This document shows, one piece after another, positions 13,160 through 26,496 of a stretch of 64,000 nt of DNA. How positions within the stretch are numbered: the stretch's first letter is position 1; each line of letters begins with the position of its first letter. The notes below the pieces were generated by a model, which did not search any database, had not been told where the DNA came from, and saw only the letters and a list, made by a program, of their open reading frames with translations. Source of the DNA: Squalus acanthias (lineage: Eukaryota); the NCBI GenBank assembly GCA_030390025.1, contig CM059432.1, positions 62,002,001-62,066,000 on the forward strand, read 5' to 3'. Made by a program: the position numbers and the translations under genes.

Positions 13160-13775
13160 TTGGCAACATGAGCATTTAACTTCATGATGAATGAAGAGCA
13201 CACTGAGGACTTCATGGAATGAATTGCTTCAGTTTGAACATTAGCGTTTTATCTTCCATACTCTGCATAAGCAAAGTACTGTATTCCTTACCCATTATCT
13301 TACCACCATGCATTTGCAGCAATTATCTTTCAATACAGAAAAAAAGTGTGGTAATTTTGGGGCTAAATTAACACTTTGCATTATGGCTTATATTATAGGC
13401 AGAAATATGGTTTGACAACATTATTGATTTTCAAAGTACAGTATCCACCAATGAAAGTTTTTATGAAGTAGGTTTGGTGATCAAAAATGCAGTATTAGAA
13501 ATTCGTACTCGCCATGTATATTTTTCATGAAACCTGCTACGTGGAGAGCAACCCATCACATTTACATTCTACACAATATACAGGCAATGAGTGTCAGCCT
13601 ATTTATATATGAAAACGCCATTGAAGGAATGGATTCTTAATTCTGTGTAAAGAAAGTCTTATTAAGCTGTAACTCACTTGTTTTGAAAATTATCCACAAT
13701 TTGTCGCATGATAGAGTAGATTTGTTTTCAAAACGTAAATAATTTCAATTACTTTTATCTTTCTACTTATTTAAT

Positions 13776-13781
13776 AATAAA
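13776..13781 (+). terminator. Candidate MAPRE2 polyadenylation signal
   Basis: AATAAA followed by GT-rich sequence; other candidates lie further downstream (ATTAAA ~14615, AATAAA ~18075). Confidence 0.35.
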
Positions 13782-14759
13782 TTGGTTGTGTGTTTATATT
13801 TGTGGTCTGTGTATAAAGGTCTTCATAAGAAAACTATTAATTCAGTGATGCACATATAAAACCACATTCACCAGGGAGCTCAAGTTTTTTGATCATCATT
13901 GGAATATTCTGACAGTCCTATAGTTGTCACATTTAGACAGCAGAAAAATGAGGAGATTAACAGTATTTGCATGCAGACTAGGTATGATCTGGTCGCTGCA
14001 TCAATGCTGACAGAGACCAGAGTTTGAATGACAGTCTTAACTGACAGTTGCATATCAGCTTTCCCTTGAGGCAAGATTTACTAGGCTTGGACTAGTTATC
14101 TGCTAGAGAGAAAGAAAACCTTGAGAAGTGATCCTGCACTAGTCGCACTTGGCTTTTAGTGAGTCAGCCAAGGAGTAACATTCAATAATTCTGCGGCGAT
14201 AAATGTGGAACTTACTGACTGAAGTGGATAGTGTGGATATTTGAGGGAAGTGGTGAAAGGTCACTTTACAAAGCATTATGCATGCAAATGAAATGATACT
14301 TGGGGGTGTATTACTGGTTTGGAAGGGGAAATCAATGTTTCAACTGATCAGTAATAGCAAAACCTATTACATGTGTACATATTGAACTCCTGTTTTGTCT
14401 GAATTTAATACACGGGTTATGTATAACAAAATATATGTAAGTTTCCCTCATGAGTTTGTTCTCCTGTTTTGTTTCTTGCTCTTGTTCGTTCATTCTTGAG
14501 CTGTTGTTTAAAAAAAAATCAATTGTAATGAGTCTGTAACTAAGCTACTTTTGATGTTTTAAGTTACAGAAATGTAGACCATTCTGCTTCTGGTTTACCT
14601 GTTCCAGTTGCAGAATTAAATAATGCTTTAAACTATACATTATTTGAATACTTTGCCTTTATTTGGCAAATTTCTTCCACCAAAAAGATTAGGTATTTGG
14701 CCCACAATTCTGTTGAGGAAAAATAAATCTAAACTGCATTATCTCATACTGAAGCCTCA

Positions 14760-15790
14760 ACAGCTTTTTGGGGTGAGTGTTCCAGATTTCCACTTCCTTT
14801 TTTGTGAAGAAGTACTTCCCGACATCACCCCTGAACAACCTATCTCTAATTTTAAGATTATGCCCACTTGTTGTGGACTCCCCCACCAGAAGAAATAGTT
14901 TCTCTTTATCAACTCTTTTTAATAATCTTAAACCCCTCAATTAGATCACTTAATCTTCTATACTCAAGGGAATGCAAGCCTACTCTATGCAACCTGTCCT
15001 CATAACTTAATCCCTTTAGCCCTGGTATCATTCTGGTAAATCTGCACTGCACCCCCTCCTAGGCCAATATATCCTTCCTGAGGTGCGGTGCCAAGAACTG
15101 AATGTAGTACTCGAAATGGGTTCTATCCAGCGCTTTATATGACTAACATAACTTCCATCCCTTTGTATCCCAGCCCACTTGATAAAGGCCAACATTCCAT
15201 GAGCCTTTTTAATTACTTTTTGTACCTGTCCACTAGCTTTTAGTGATTTCTGTACTTGAATCCCTAAATCTCTCTGCTTCTCCACAGTTCCTAGCTTCTT
15301 GCCATTTAGAAAATACTCAGATCTATTTTTCTTGGGTCCAACGGACATTCAACTCCATCTTCCACAGTTCTGCCCACTCATTTAATCTATCAATGTCGCT
15401 TTGAAACTTTTTTGCTCCCGTCTACACTATTTACTCTGCCACCTAACTTGGTGTCATCAGCAAATTTGGATATATGGCTCTCTGTTCCTCCATCTAAGTT
15501 ATTTATAAATATAGTGAAAAGCTGAGGCCCCAGTACAGATCCCTGGGGGACATCACTAGTCACATCCTGCCAATTGGAGTACATATTCATTATCCCTACT
15601 CTCGTCTCCTAACCAATTCCCTACCCATGTCAGTAGGTTGCCTCCAACAGTCTCTTAGGTGAAATGCCTTCTGGAAGTCCATATAAATAACATCCATACA
15701 CACTCCCTTATCTACCACGTTAGTTACCTCCACAAAAAAATCAACTAGCTTTGTTAGACATGGCTTACACTTTACAAATCCATGCTGTTA
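14760..15790 (-). mobile_element. CR1 LINE 3' fragment
   Basis: VPQGSVLGPQLFTIFINNLD..SKFADDTKLGG and downstream CR1 RT motifs, frameshifted. Confidence 0.9.
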
Positions 15791-17384
15791 TCATACGTCA
15801 TTTAAAAACATTTTTTTTACTGAATTGTTCAAGACATATTTCTCAGTAAATATTCCCCGCTCAACCTGCGTGTCTTCCGCTATTTAAAGAAAATTCAGTC
15901 CAAGCCTGTCGTATTTCTCTCTATCTTAATGGATTGCTACATACACCCTTAGATGAAATTGTTACTGTGAACATATTTTAATCCTCAAACTATTTTTCTG
16001 GATGTAAAAAGTTCTGCAGCTGCTGTCAAATTGACATTTTGCAACAGCTGATGCACTCTTCATATTGCTACTTGGTTTGGTTGTCTATCAGAAAAATGAA
16101 GTTTGGGGTAGTTTTACGGTTTGCATGCTAACCAGGAGCCATGATTTACATTGTAATTTGGTACTAGCAGTGCTAACTTTTTTCACATTTATGCCCTATG
16201 GGTACCTGAAGTTATTGGTATAGATTTTTTTTATTGGTACATTTATGTATATTCAGATTTTGTTGAGGTCTGGTTGGATTAACTTGAATATTGAAGCAAT
16301 TATGTTTTAAATAATAGTTAATATAAGTACCAGTTGAAATACATCAATACGAGCTATTTACCTTTGTAACTTTACTCCTAAATTGTGTTGAAAGTCTTGG
16401 ATTAATTTTTTTAAGTGGAAGTCTATTTTTATGAAAATTGGATCCTTTAATCAAAATCCTTGCAAAAAGTAGCACTTTTTAAAAAAAAAAAATGATCCTT
16501 TTTCCCATCCAAAATGGCTACAAAAGAAATCTATATCCATAGTACAGGAAAGGATTGTTAAAGAAGATTGGATCCACTTGTTCCTAGATTTTTGTTTTTT
16601 TTACCATTTGGCACAGAGATGCAAAAGAGTGAGATATTTATAAATGGAGAGAACTACAAGTTAGTATGAAATTTGATTAAGAGCTCTACCATGTAAGTTA
16701 CTGGGAATTGATGCAAACTTTTTATTTGGTTTTAAACTCTTATCATATTCAGTTGGCACAGCAAATTGGTACTACCACAAGCTGTGCTAAAGAATGGCAG
16801 AACATAAATTCACACCTGCATTTCTTCAGCCAGTTTTCCTGATCACAGCAGAAGAATCCCAGAAGTTTTTTTTTAAACCGGGGAGAAAAAATCGTTCCAA
16901 GTCTTCAATATCTCGGCAGCTGTCTGAAGATCATGGACCTAGGCCAACTGTACACTAGGAATTGGTGCATGACAAAGGAAGGTTGAAAGCCGAAGAGAAC
17001 TTAATTAAACAGATCCTTGTTTTAATTCAATGATCCTGAACACCTTTTTAATGTAACACATTTATGCAAAAAATGATAATCTTAATGTTACCTCCCATTA
17101 GAAATAGCTCTCGTTGGGTGCTCCAAAATTAGATTGTTTACTATACTGCTTAACTCCTGTTCATTAAATTAGTTTAATTAGTCATACAGTAATTGTACAT
17201 TTAAAGTTTTAGTATCTGCAGTATCAAAGTTTTGCCACTGACAGATTGTGCTTTGTTGTATGTGTTGATGTATTCAATAATTGTCATGTCATTGCATAAA
17301 TATTTTATATGCCAGATTATTTAGATTGAGGGTGAAATTTTAACACTAAGCCATACACCTAGAATACATCAGTGATCTATAACC

Positions 17385-17540
17385 TGCCTGGACTAATAAT
17401 CCAGAGATTGAGTTCAAATCCCACCATGGCTGTTTGAGAATTTGAATTCAGTTTTAAAAAAATCTGGAAATAAAAAGCTGGTATCAGTAAAAGTGACCGT
17501 TAAAGCAGTCAGATTGTCATAAAAGCACAACTTGGTCATG
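17385..17540 (+). mobile_element. Isolated 5' (tRNA-like head) fragment of family B element
   Basis: ggactaataatccagag..gagttcaaatcccaccatggc matches the reverse complement of 58150-58300. Confidence 0.7.
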
Positions 17541-18700
17541 TTTTGGTCAGTGCTGCAGTCAGTTTTCTCAGACACAGCAGCCAAACCAGCAGTCTTTGAA
17601 GGGACCACTGGTGGTTACCATCAAAAACGTAAGTAAAAAATTCCTCCCCCGGACTTACTAGCTGCCCTTGGCTGGCATCACAGCCAGCTGATCTCGCTCC
17701 CCTGCCCACAACTCGCTGGTACTATACTAATGAGGCTGACTGACAAATTTCCCATGATCCTGCCACTGGCCCTTAAGGTACGGGCAGCATGCCCTGCATG
17801 TGGGTCACGCCCCATTTGGGCTTGATCCAATTTCTGGATCATGCTTTTAATTAATTCAACAAAACTCTACTTATACTTTCTAAAGAAAAAAAAAATTCTG
17901 ACATTGGAAATAGCTTAATTCAAGCTCATTAATACTTTGCTCCAATGCATTCCATAAGTATGTCTTGTAGTTCTTTAAATGTAAGCACTGACTGCTTTTA
18001 AGGACACACTGTATGTCACGTTAAATTTGGACTCGGCCACGCCAACAGAAATATGCTTGCTTTTAGTTTTGTTAATAAACTACTGGTTTGCAAAAAGTTG
18101 CTTCCACTCTTTCATCACACAATATTACAGATTTTCTTTTGCACACGTGAAGAAAGTCAAGCTGAACATGAACCAATAGTTTTTCTTAAAAGGTTAAATG
18201 ATGATATGGGTCTCTCATTTTCTCCCAAGTCCACTGACTGTGGGTAAGAAGGCAGACAGGCTAATGACCTGCTCCAGGCCTCTACTTATGAGAATTGCAA
18301 GAGTGCCCAAGGGATGACTGGTTTTCCCTTTGCTTGGTGCTTATCCTGGAGCAGCATGGTGAAGATGAGTAACTTGGTAGAGGAAAACAGACTTCTACTT
18401 CACCATTCACATGGTATTGCGTATTCATTACAAGAATTAACCACCACTGTCACTCCTGCCGTAACTCGTCCTCCACCCAATTTAACCCATACTTCCCACC
18501 CCCTTCCTCCTGTTCTTCATGGCTCACAACCCCCCCCCCCCCCCCTCCTCACCTTGAGCATCATGATTTTCTTCCACTGCTAATCCATCCCCCATGAAAA
18601 CTACTATTGCTGCATATTTGTCACGGCTCACCCAACTCTGACAAAAACCATAATCAGTGTTCTTTCCTTGGCAGCCTGCAAGCCTTCCTACCACCCTGCG

Positions 18701-18731
<31 letters not shown>

Positions 18732-19357
18732 AACAGGCTCTCACTCCCATCTGGCAATGCCTCTTTCCCAATGCATTCATACCCTTGGAATTGACATCCC
18801 AATACTCCCACACCACAAAACCATCCTTTCACAACTCACACCCTTCTCAGTACACCCATACTTTGGGACCAACATTAACTACCGATAATCCCCTCCCTGT
18901 ACTAGTACTGCTACACACAGTTCCTGCAACATAGATCTCTGCATCCTGGGACATCTTCACTCTGTAGCCATCATCCACTGTATCCTTTAAAAAATTGGTA
19001 AACAGTAAAATTTATCATATACTTAAAACTATAGTAATAAAGGCCACTGATGTAGACTTTTCACGTTAATATGGAATTCAGTGGAAAATAACCATCACCC
19101 TGACAGTACTGTGTAATAACTCAATTTAACTTATTCAGTCGCTGGATTGAATAATATATCATACGTTACATGGGATAAAACAGCATATTCTCTGGTATAA
19201 ATCATAACTGCTGCATCTCCCAATAGTTGTTTATGGCCAAAGTTGTAATTTTGACAACTTTAAAAAAAAAAAAATTATTTTGCCAAATATTTTACAAAGC
19301 AGACTTGCAAATTTTTTTTTAGAAATTCTAACGTTATATTAGTGCTAATCCCGGTTT

Positions 19358-19850
19358 CTACGCCTTTCACAACGACCGGACGTCCCAAAGTGCTTTACAG
19401 CCAATGAAGTACTTTTGAAGTGTAGTCACTGTTGTAGGAAACGAGGCAGCCAATTTGCGCACAAACAGCAATGTGATAATGACCAGAAAATCTTTTTTTT
19501 ATGATGTTGATTCAGGGATAAATATTGGCCAGGACACCGGGGATAACTCCCCTGTTCTTCAAAATAGTGCCATGGGATCTTTTACGTCCACCTGAGAGGA
19601 CAGACGGGGCCTCAGTTTAACATCTCATCCGAAAGACAGCACCTCCGACAGTGCAGTACTAAGCACTTTGGGACGTCCGGTCGTTGTGAAAGGCGTAGAA
19701 ACCGGGATTAGCACTAATATAACGTTAGAATTTCTAAAAAAAAATTTGCAAGTCTGCCTAGATTTTTGTGCTCCAGTCTCATGGAGTGGGACTTGAGCCC
19801 ACAACCTTCTGACTCAGGCGAGAGTGCTACCCAGTGAGCCACAGCTGACT
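19358..19850 (-). mobile_element. DeuSINE (SacSINE1-like) with an internal inverted duplication
   Basis: Reverse complement of the SINE at 61891-62363 (tRNA head, Deu domain, L2-like tail). Confidence 0.9.
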
Positions 19851-20847
19851 TAATTAATTTAAGTTCACACCTCAACAGTGATTTCTGTGTTGATTCCATT
19901 GGTGAAGACTGCAACAACGCACCCTGTGGAGGAGTAGTGTATCTTTGACAGCAACTTCCGGATTTCCTCGTTTGCGCATGGGCAGACGCCAGAATTTGCT
20001 ACCAGATTTACCCAGTAATAACGGCGAGTGTTGACAGCCTCACAGTTATTACTACCGCAAATTCCAGACCATAATCTTATGCACCCACACACAGAAACAC
20101 TCCCGCAGCATGAAGATCAAACTATTGCACTTGGATTGGAGATGTGATCGATACCAGATGATCTGCAGTTATTGGAGTTCTCCTTACAAGAAATGAATCT
20201 GTCCATTTGTTTTCTTGCTGCCCATTGTGAAAAATGGACGGCATATAAAGTGTTTTGTTCGGTTATAGAAACTATTTTCTCTAAAACTTGGGAATCATGT
20301 GACCAAACCTACACTAACCTGGATTGAAAACCCGACAAGTAGCCACTGGATGGTTTGGTGGAATAGACCATGTCCTTTTATGGGGTGGCACAGTTGATTT
20401 CCAATGTGTTATGCTATGATCCTCCACAGGCTGGGTTGCCAATCTCAATCTTGCCAATCTCTAACAACAAATTTCTCATCTCTCGCTCCTTACACTTCAT
20501 CATTGACAGCCATTCATTCGGTCACTGCAATTCTGCCTTTCTCAATTCTCTACCCAGTTCCCTCTGCCTTGCCACCTTCCTTCTTTCAAAAGCTTTTGCA
20601 AAACCATTGGCTTCAACAGTGCCTTTGGTTCCACATCCTAGACTCTCCAATTTTTCCCCTTCCCCCCATGTTTGGTATTCATCTTACCCTTCTTACTGCA
20701 TAATGCTTTGAAACATCTAACTGCATGTTAGAAGCACTGTATAAATGTAACTTCTTAATGCCATGGTGGGGAAGTTCTGAGTAGATGATAGACACCCCCA
20801 CAAAGGAAAGGGGAGAAGAGAGGTACTGCTTCAGGACATTGAGGTGT

Positions 20848-20990
20848 AGAATTTCCATAGGGGTTCCCTGATCTGTTGTTTCTTTGGTGGAAACCCCAGG
20901 GAAATTGTATAAATGGCTGCTTACACTGCTTCTCTGGAGTTTCCACTGAAGTAACAGTGGAGAATCGAGAGAACCCCCATGGAAATTGCA
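20848..20990. mobile_element. Small palindromic MITE-like element
   Basis: Imperfect inverted ends aatttccatagggttccctgat / atcgagagaacccccatggaaatt. Confidence 0.45.
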
Positions 20991-21334
20991 GGTATGAGAA
21001 TTGAGAAGTAGAGGCTATCTCCCCATATATACTTGCCAGACTCTGCATGCTTCTAAGTTATCCCAAGTTTTAGGGGGTAGAGTGCCTCTCTGAAGTGGGA
21101 GAATGTTAAAGGGAAAGAGAGCCGCCACGAATTTGGAGCGATTGGAGAGGGATAGTGCATCTGTGGGATTAGAGGGGGGGTAGTGCTTCTTCAAAACTAG
21201 GGGCCTTAAGTATAAGATAGTCACAATAAAACAATAAGGAATTCAGGAGAAACTTCACTCAGAGTGGTGAGAATGTGGAACTCACTATCACTACTTAAGC
21301 TAGTTACAAGGCTCCCCATTAAGCAACACCTCTA

Positions 21335-21745
21335 TTTCAAAATTCTCATCCTTGTTTTCAAATCCCTCCATGGCCTCGCCCCTCCCTATCTCTGTAATCT
21401 TCTTCAGCCCCACAACCCCCCCGAGATATCTGTGCTCCTCTAATTCTGCCCTCTTGAGCATCCCTGATTATAATCGCTCAACCATTGGTGGCCGTGCCTT
21501 CTGTTGCCTCGGCCCTAAGCTCTGGAATTCCCTGCCTAAACCTCTCCGCCTCTCTACCTCTCTTTTCTCCTTTAAGACGCTCCTTAAAACCCACCTCTTT
21601 GACCAGGGTTTTGGTCACCTGCCCTAATTTCTCCTTATGTGGCTCAGTGTCAACATTTTTTGTCTTTTAATACTCCTGTGAAGCGCCTTGGGACGTTTTA
21701 CTACGTTAAAGGTGCTATATAAATACAAGTAGTTGTTGTTGTTAA
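21335..21745 (+). mobile_element. L2 LINE 3' end
   Basis: RSTIGGRAF..GPKLWNSLP..FKTLLKTHLF; 3' UTR ends tatataaatacaagt(tgt)n. Confidence 0.9.
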
Positions 21746-21939
21746 ATATAAAATTGTACTTTTATATACATTTAGATAAATTTTAAATCAGCCCTATTAT
21801 GAAACAATGAAGTGATTTTAAATATTTATTCAATTTAATTAGAGGGGTGGGGTACTTATTTCTCAGCAATGTAGCCCAAAGGAAGAATAGGAAATTTGGG
21901 TCACTAAGGGCAGGGCTGAGGAGCCAACGTCTGAAGGAG

Positions 21940-23080
21940 GGATCTGACGATGCCACCTTCCATTACTAGCGCTTCTGACATGTCCTTTTTCCTCAACCAA
22001 GGAGTCCCCTCTACCATGGCTCTCGACCGTGTTCATTCCATTTCCCACATTTCTACTCTCACCCCTTCCCCTTGTCCTCACCTTTCACCCCACCAGCCTC
22101 AACATTTAACGGATCATCCTCTACCATTTCCACCATCTCCAGCGTGATCCCACCACCAAACACATCTTCTCCTCCCCCGCCCTTTCAGCATTCCGAAGGG
22201 ACCACTCCCTCCGTGACACCCTGGTCCACTCCTCAATCACCCCCAACACATGGACGGTGGGAAGGGAGGAGGTAAAAGGACAGGTGTTGCATCTCCCTGT
22301 GCTTGCATGGGAAGGTGCCATGGGATGCAAGCACAGGGAGATGCAACACCTGTCCTTTTACCTCCTCCCTTCCCACCGTCCAGGCACCCAAACACTCCTT
22401 CCAGGTGAAACAGCGATTTACTTGTACTTCTTGCAATTTACTAAACTATTCGCTGCTCATGATGTGATCTCCTCTACAAACGCAGATTGGGTGACCGCTT
22501 TGTGGAACACCTCCGTTCTCCGTTCAGTCCGTAAGCGTGAACCTGAGCTTCTGGTAGGCTGTCACTTTAATTCTCCCCTGCACTCCTACTCTGACCTCTC
22601 TATCCTTGGCCTCTTACACTGTTCCAACAAAGCTCAACGTAAGCTCGAAGAACAATACCTCATCTTTCGATTAGGCACTTTACAGCCTTCTGGACTCAAC
22701 ATATAGTTCAACAATTTCAGACCATAACCTCTGCCCCTATTTTTTCACATGGCAGCTGTTGATTCTGCCATTCCCATTTACATCTCTTCTAGACTCATCT
22801 TTTGTTTCTTTACTTGTCCCAATACCACCTCCTTCTGCTTTGTACAATCAAACCTTTTGTCAATTAATCACTCCTGCCTTCCACCCTATCACAGACCTTT
22901 GCTTTTGTTCTTTCCTCCCCTCCCCCCTTTCCCTGTCCCTGCACTTGCTAAAATCTGTTACATCTCTAACTTTTTCCAGTTCTGACGAAGGGTCATCGAC
23001 CTGAAACGTTAACTCTGTTTCTCTCTCCACAGATGCTACCTGACCCACTGAGTATTTCCAGCATTTTCTGTTTTTATTTC
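21940..23080 (+). mobile_element. Penelope-like retroelement fragment (RT C-terminus, GIY-YIG endonuclease, terminal repeat)
   Basis: SDMSFFLNQG; LRSVRKREPELLVGCHFNSPLHS..RKLEEQYLIFRLGTLQPSGLNI; pLTR-type 3' sequence with hammerhead core. Confidence 0.88.
22978..23014 (+). ncRNA. Minimal hammerhead ribozyme motif in Penelope terminal repeat
   Basis: agtt-CTGACGA-a-gggtc-atc-gacct-GAAA-cg-TT-aact: core boxes, helix II, helix I (agtt/aact), palindromic ACGT helix III. Confidence 0.65.
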
Positions 23081-23249
23081 TGGAGGAGGGAGCATGTTTA
23101 ACTCGGTGAGCTGGAGCATAACTCGGTCATATCCAGAGCTCGCTATTGGTCCTACGTCACAGCAGTTGACTCGGGATAGACGGGATTGCTTCAGGAAGAA
23201 GTTGTCTATCCTGAAATATGTCTTCTCTGGTTTGGATCTTCATGCATAA

Positions 23250-25200
23250 TCATTGTGGCTTCCTTTTTGAGGCAAGTTTGAGGAATGTTGATGTGGCAGA
23301 AACCTCAGTCAGCCCTTGGATGTCAAAAATTGTTACGAGTTCTCTAGCTACTTGACCATTTATTACAATGGAGTGGCCATCCTCTCCAGGAATGAGTGTC
23401 TCCAGAGCGAAGGGAAGGATTTTGTTGATTGGTGTAGCTACTCCTGTGCTCTTGGATGAGTAGGAGGCAGTCAGCATTTGTCCCACCTAGTCTCTTGTAA
23501 ATTTGGTCTGTTCTAAGGGTATTAAGTGCGTCTCTTGTACGAATGCCACATCTGCTTGTTCTGCCTTTAGGTAAGTCAGGATTTCTTTTTGTTAGGTTGG
23601 GTAACTGAGTCCCTTGACATTTAGTAATGTAATTTTGAGATAGACCATCCTGAGTAATAGATTGGCATGTAGTGCCACTCAACTTGCAGGTTTGCCTTTC
23701 CCACTTAAGGTTCCTGAACGTAGGAGCTGTCTGGTTGTTTCAATTTCCCTTGTGTTTGGGTGTCCTGTGGGGTTTTGGCCCTGGATCCCTCACAGCCCAC
23801 CAATGCATGCGCCATATTCTCAGTACTGTGGCTGCTAAAAATTCTTCTCCTCCTTCCCATATCTAACCTTTTCATTCTCTATTCCCTAGAATTCTTATTT
23901 GTATCCTTATTGGGTGCTGGGCAGTTGGGTAGGGCTATACTCTGTTCAGTTCCTCTCCCTCAACCCAATGCCCAGTTCTGTTTGAGTGCACAAGTTTACT
24001 TCAGTAGGGCATCTGCTGGTATTAGCAGGCCCTAATCATAAATTCTCACTTGTGTAAAGGATCTGAGGACCTTTGCATTTACTCACTGTGTAGAAACTGT
24101 CTTTTCCCACAAGGGTTCTTCTGCAAGAGATCATGTTGTGTATCTCTGTATCCTCTTTGTCTCTGTAACCTCCTCCAGCCCTACAACCCTCTGAGATCTC
24201 TGCGCTCCTCCAATTCTGGCTTCTTGCGCAACCCCTATTTTAATCGCTCCACCATTGGCAGCTGTGCTTCAGCTACCTAGGCCCTAAGCTCTGCAATTCC
24301 CTCCCTAAACATCTGCCCTAATATCTCCTTCTGTGGTTCGGTATCAAATTTTGTTTGATAATGCTCTTGTGAAGCGCCTTGTTCGTTCAAGGCACTGAAT
24401 AAATGCAAGCTGTTGTTGTTGTTATACACCAGTTTCAGAGGGCCACTTTGGGGGGAGAGATGCCATTTGTTTCTTGCCAACTCACAGTATTTGATTGCTA
24501 TTGGAATGAGTTTGGTGGTCGTTGGTGACTGCCACCCCAAATCTTTTTGCCCTTCCTAGTTAAGTTAATGGTTGCTTTCCCCCTTCTTCCCCTCCTCTCA
24601 TGTCAGACCCCTTCCCCTCCTATATGCAGCTGCCAGTGTCATTCTAGGGCAGGCAGTCGCCTATTGTTCGCATTGGAGTTTGAAGGTGAGGGGGTGACCT
24701 TGGGTGGTTAACTCTTTCCCCTGGGGGAGTGGCTGCCTACTGTATTATTGGATGGTCTTCTATTGCATTTTAATGCCCATGGCGGTGAGTGGCTGTGTTT
24801 TCCAGGGTGGCTGTGTGCCTTTACTGTTTCCTCTAACAGGTTGATGTTGCCATATGAGTACAGGTTGAGGGGATCCCTGAGCAGGAGGATGTGTATGTTT
24901 CTGTCTTTTTATCAAATGGCGAAGGGACACCATTTTTGAGAATTTTCAGTTTAGTCGATGGAACATCCGATACTCAATACCTTGGTTTCAGAGGGTAGGC
25001 TTAATGCCCCAGAGGATTTAGAGGATAGATCTGTGAAGATGTAAATATGATAGTCCTGGAGGCGTAGGTCTCTGTAAACCCCTCCAGCTGTATGCCTTAA
25101 CACTCTGCTCCTCTGAACCGGCCTACTGTACATTCTCCATGCCTTCACCCCACCACTGGTGGCAGAACATTCAGCTGCTTTGATCATAATCTCCAGAACC
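23250..25200 (-). mobile_element. Old L1-clade LINE fragment (ORF1 C-terminus, spacer, start of ORF2 endonuclease)
   Basis: ASYSSKSTGVATPINKILPF..GHSIVINGQ resembles L1/Tx1 APE; 24951-25220 (..HIYIFTDLS) resembles L1 ORF1; interrupted by an L2 tail. Confidence 0.6.
24155..24425 (+). mobile_element. L2 LINE 3' end
   Basis: Homologous to 21390-21745 with (tgt)n tail. Confidence 0.85.
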
Positions 25201-25245
25201 CCCTCCCTAACATGCTCCACCTTTAAAAACCTTCTTAAAGACCAT

Positions 25246-26125
25246 GGGGGAGAAATTCAGTATCGCCCCATTTGGGGTGCAATTATCGGCCGGGCGCAAA
25301 GATTAGCGCCTGGCGCTAATTATCGCCTCCGACTGCAAACTTGACTTTTATCGCCCCTGGAGGTGATTGGAGCGCTAAATCAGGCACTACACATCTGTCT
25401 TAAGGCGCAAAGGCCGAGGAGCGAGGCGCTAACTCAGAGCGCTGGCGAAGCTCATGTGATGTCAGTCAGCAATGGAAAACAGACACAATGGCGCCGGCCA
25501 GTTCTTAAAGGGGAGGGTTGATCTTGCTTTCCATCCACATCCTGCTCATTGCAGCCTTGAATCTCGCCTGGAGAGACCTGTACATCAAATCTGCTGGAAA
25601 GAACAATGGAGAGAACCAGGGAAAGAGCTCAGAGTACAGTCCCCACAGTCTCTTCTAAATTGATACAAGGAAGGGCAAATCAAAATGAACCTGCTGCTCA
25701 GTACCCAAAACTCCTTCACACAGCGTTGAATCTCTCCAGAAGTCTCTCTCTCTCAGAATGCCTGGTTCAAAAATGTCACCAACAAAAAAAGGCAGGAAGC
25801 GGTCGCCTTTAAATAGCGCTCCCCCAGCCCCTTCCTGACTGCAAAACACTCCCCTCAACCTGTCGTTGCTAGCGGCAGGCGGTAAGGCAGGGGGCGCCAC
25901 TCAATATCCGCTCTGGGGCGCTACCGGGGCGTTGCGCACTCGACTGACGTCACGATCTGCCGGCGCAGGAGATCGTGGGGGTAGTGTTTAGCGCCGCCGC
26001 AAAATGTCTAGTTAATTTCGCGAGCGGCGCAAACATCGTTGCGCCCGGGCGGTAGTTGCTTTGCGCCCCATTAGCGCCCTCTTAAGGCGCTAACGGGAGG
26101 CGCGAACCAACTGAATTTTTCCCCC
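25246..26125. mobile_element. Non-autonomous PIF/Harbinger-like MITE inserted in an L2 tail
   Basis: TIRs gggggagaaattcag / ctgaatttttccccc; CAT TSD at 25243-25245 and 26126-26128; flanks rejoin as an L2 3' end. Confidence 0.85.
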
Positions 26126-26496
26126 CATCTCTTTAATCAAGCTTTCGGTCATCCAAATCTCTTCCTGGTTTGTGTCCATTTCCTTATGCCTAGCTGTGAA
26201 ACACCTTGGGACATTTCTTCATGTTAAAGATTCTATATAAATGCTGTTGTTGTATTACTCTGCTGATCTTTTGGATTATTTAAAATTGGGGGAGGGGGGG
26301 GAGATTTTTTTAAATTTAAAGGTTACATAGCTTTTCCGTGCATTTTGTGCCTGAAGGAAAAAAATCTTCTGCCTCTTGATTCCATTGTACTTGATGGCAT
26401 CAAAACAAGACCCAATTTTCCAAAATGAAAATTTGACAGGAAAGGTCGGAGTGAGAAAATATATGGCCGTTTGGGTCATAGAGTCAAAGAATGGTT

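Noticed and set aside
18525..18735. Proline-rich ORFs over the poly-C tracts
   Set aside because: Homopolymer runs with no splice or homology support; run lengths may be unreliable
25246..26125. CpG island promoter of a hidden gene
   Set aside because: CpG richness is bounded by TIRs and a TSD, so it is a young MITE
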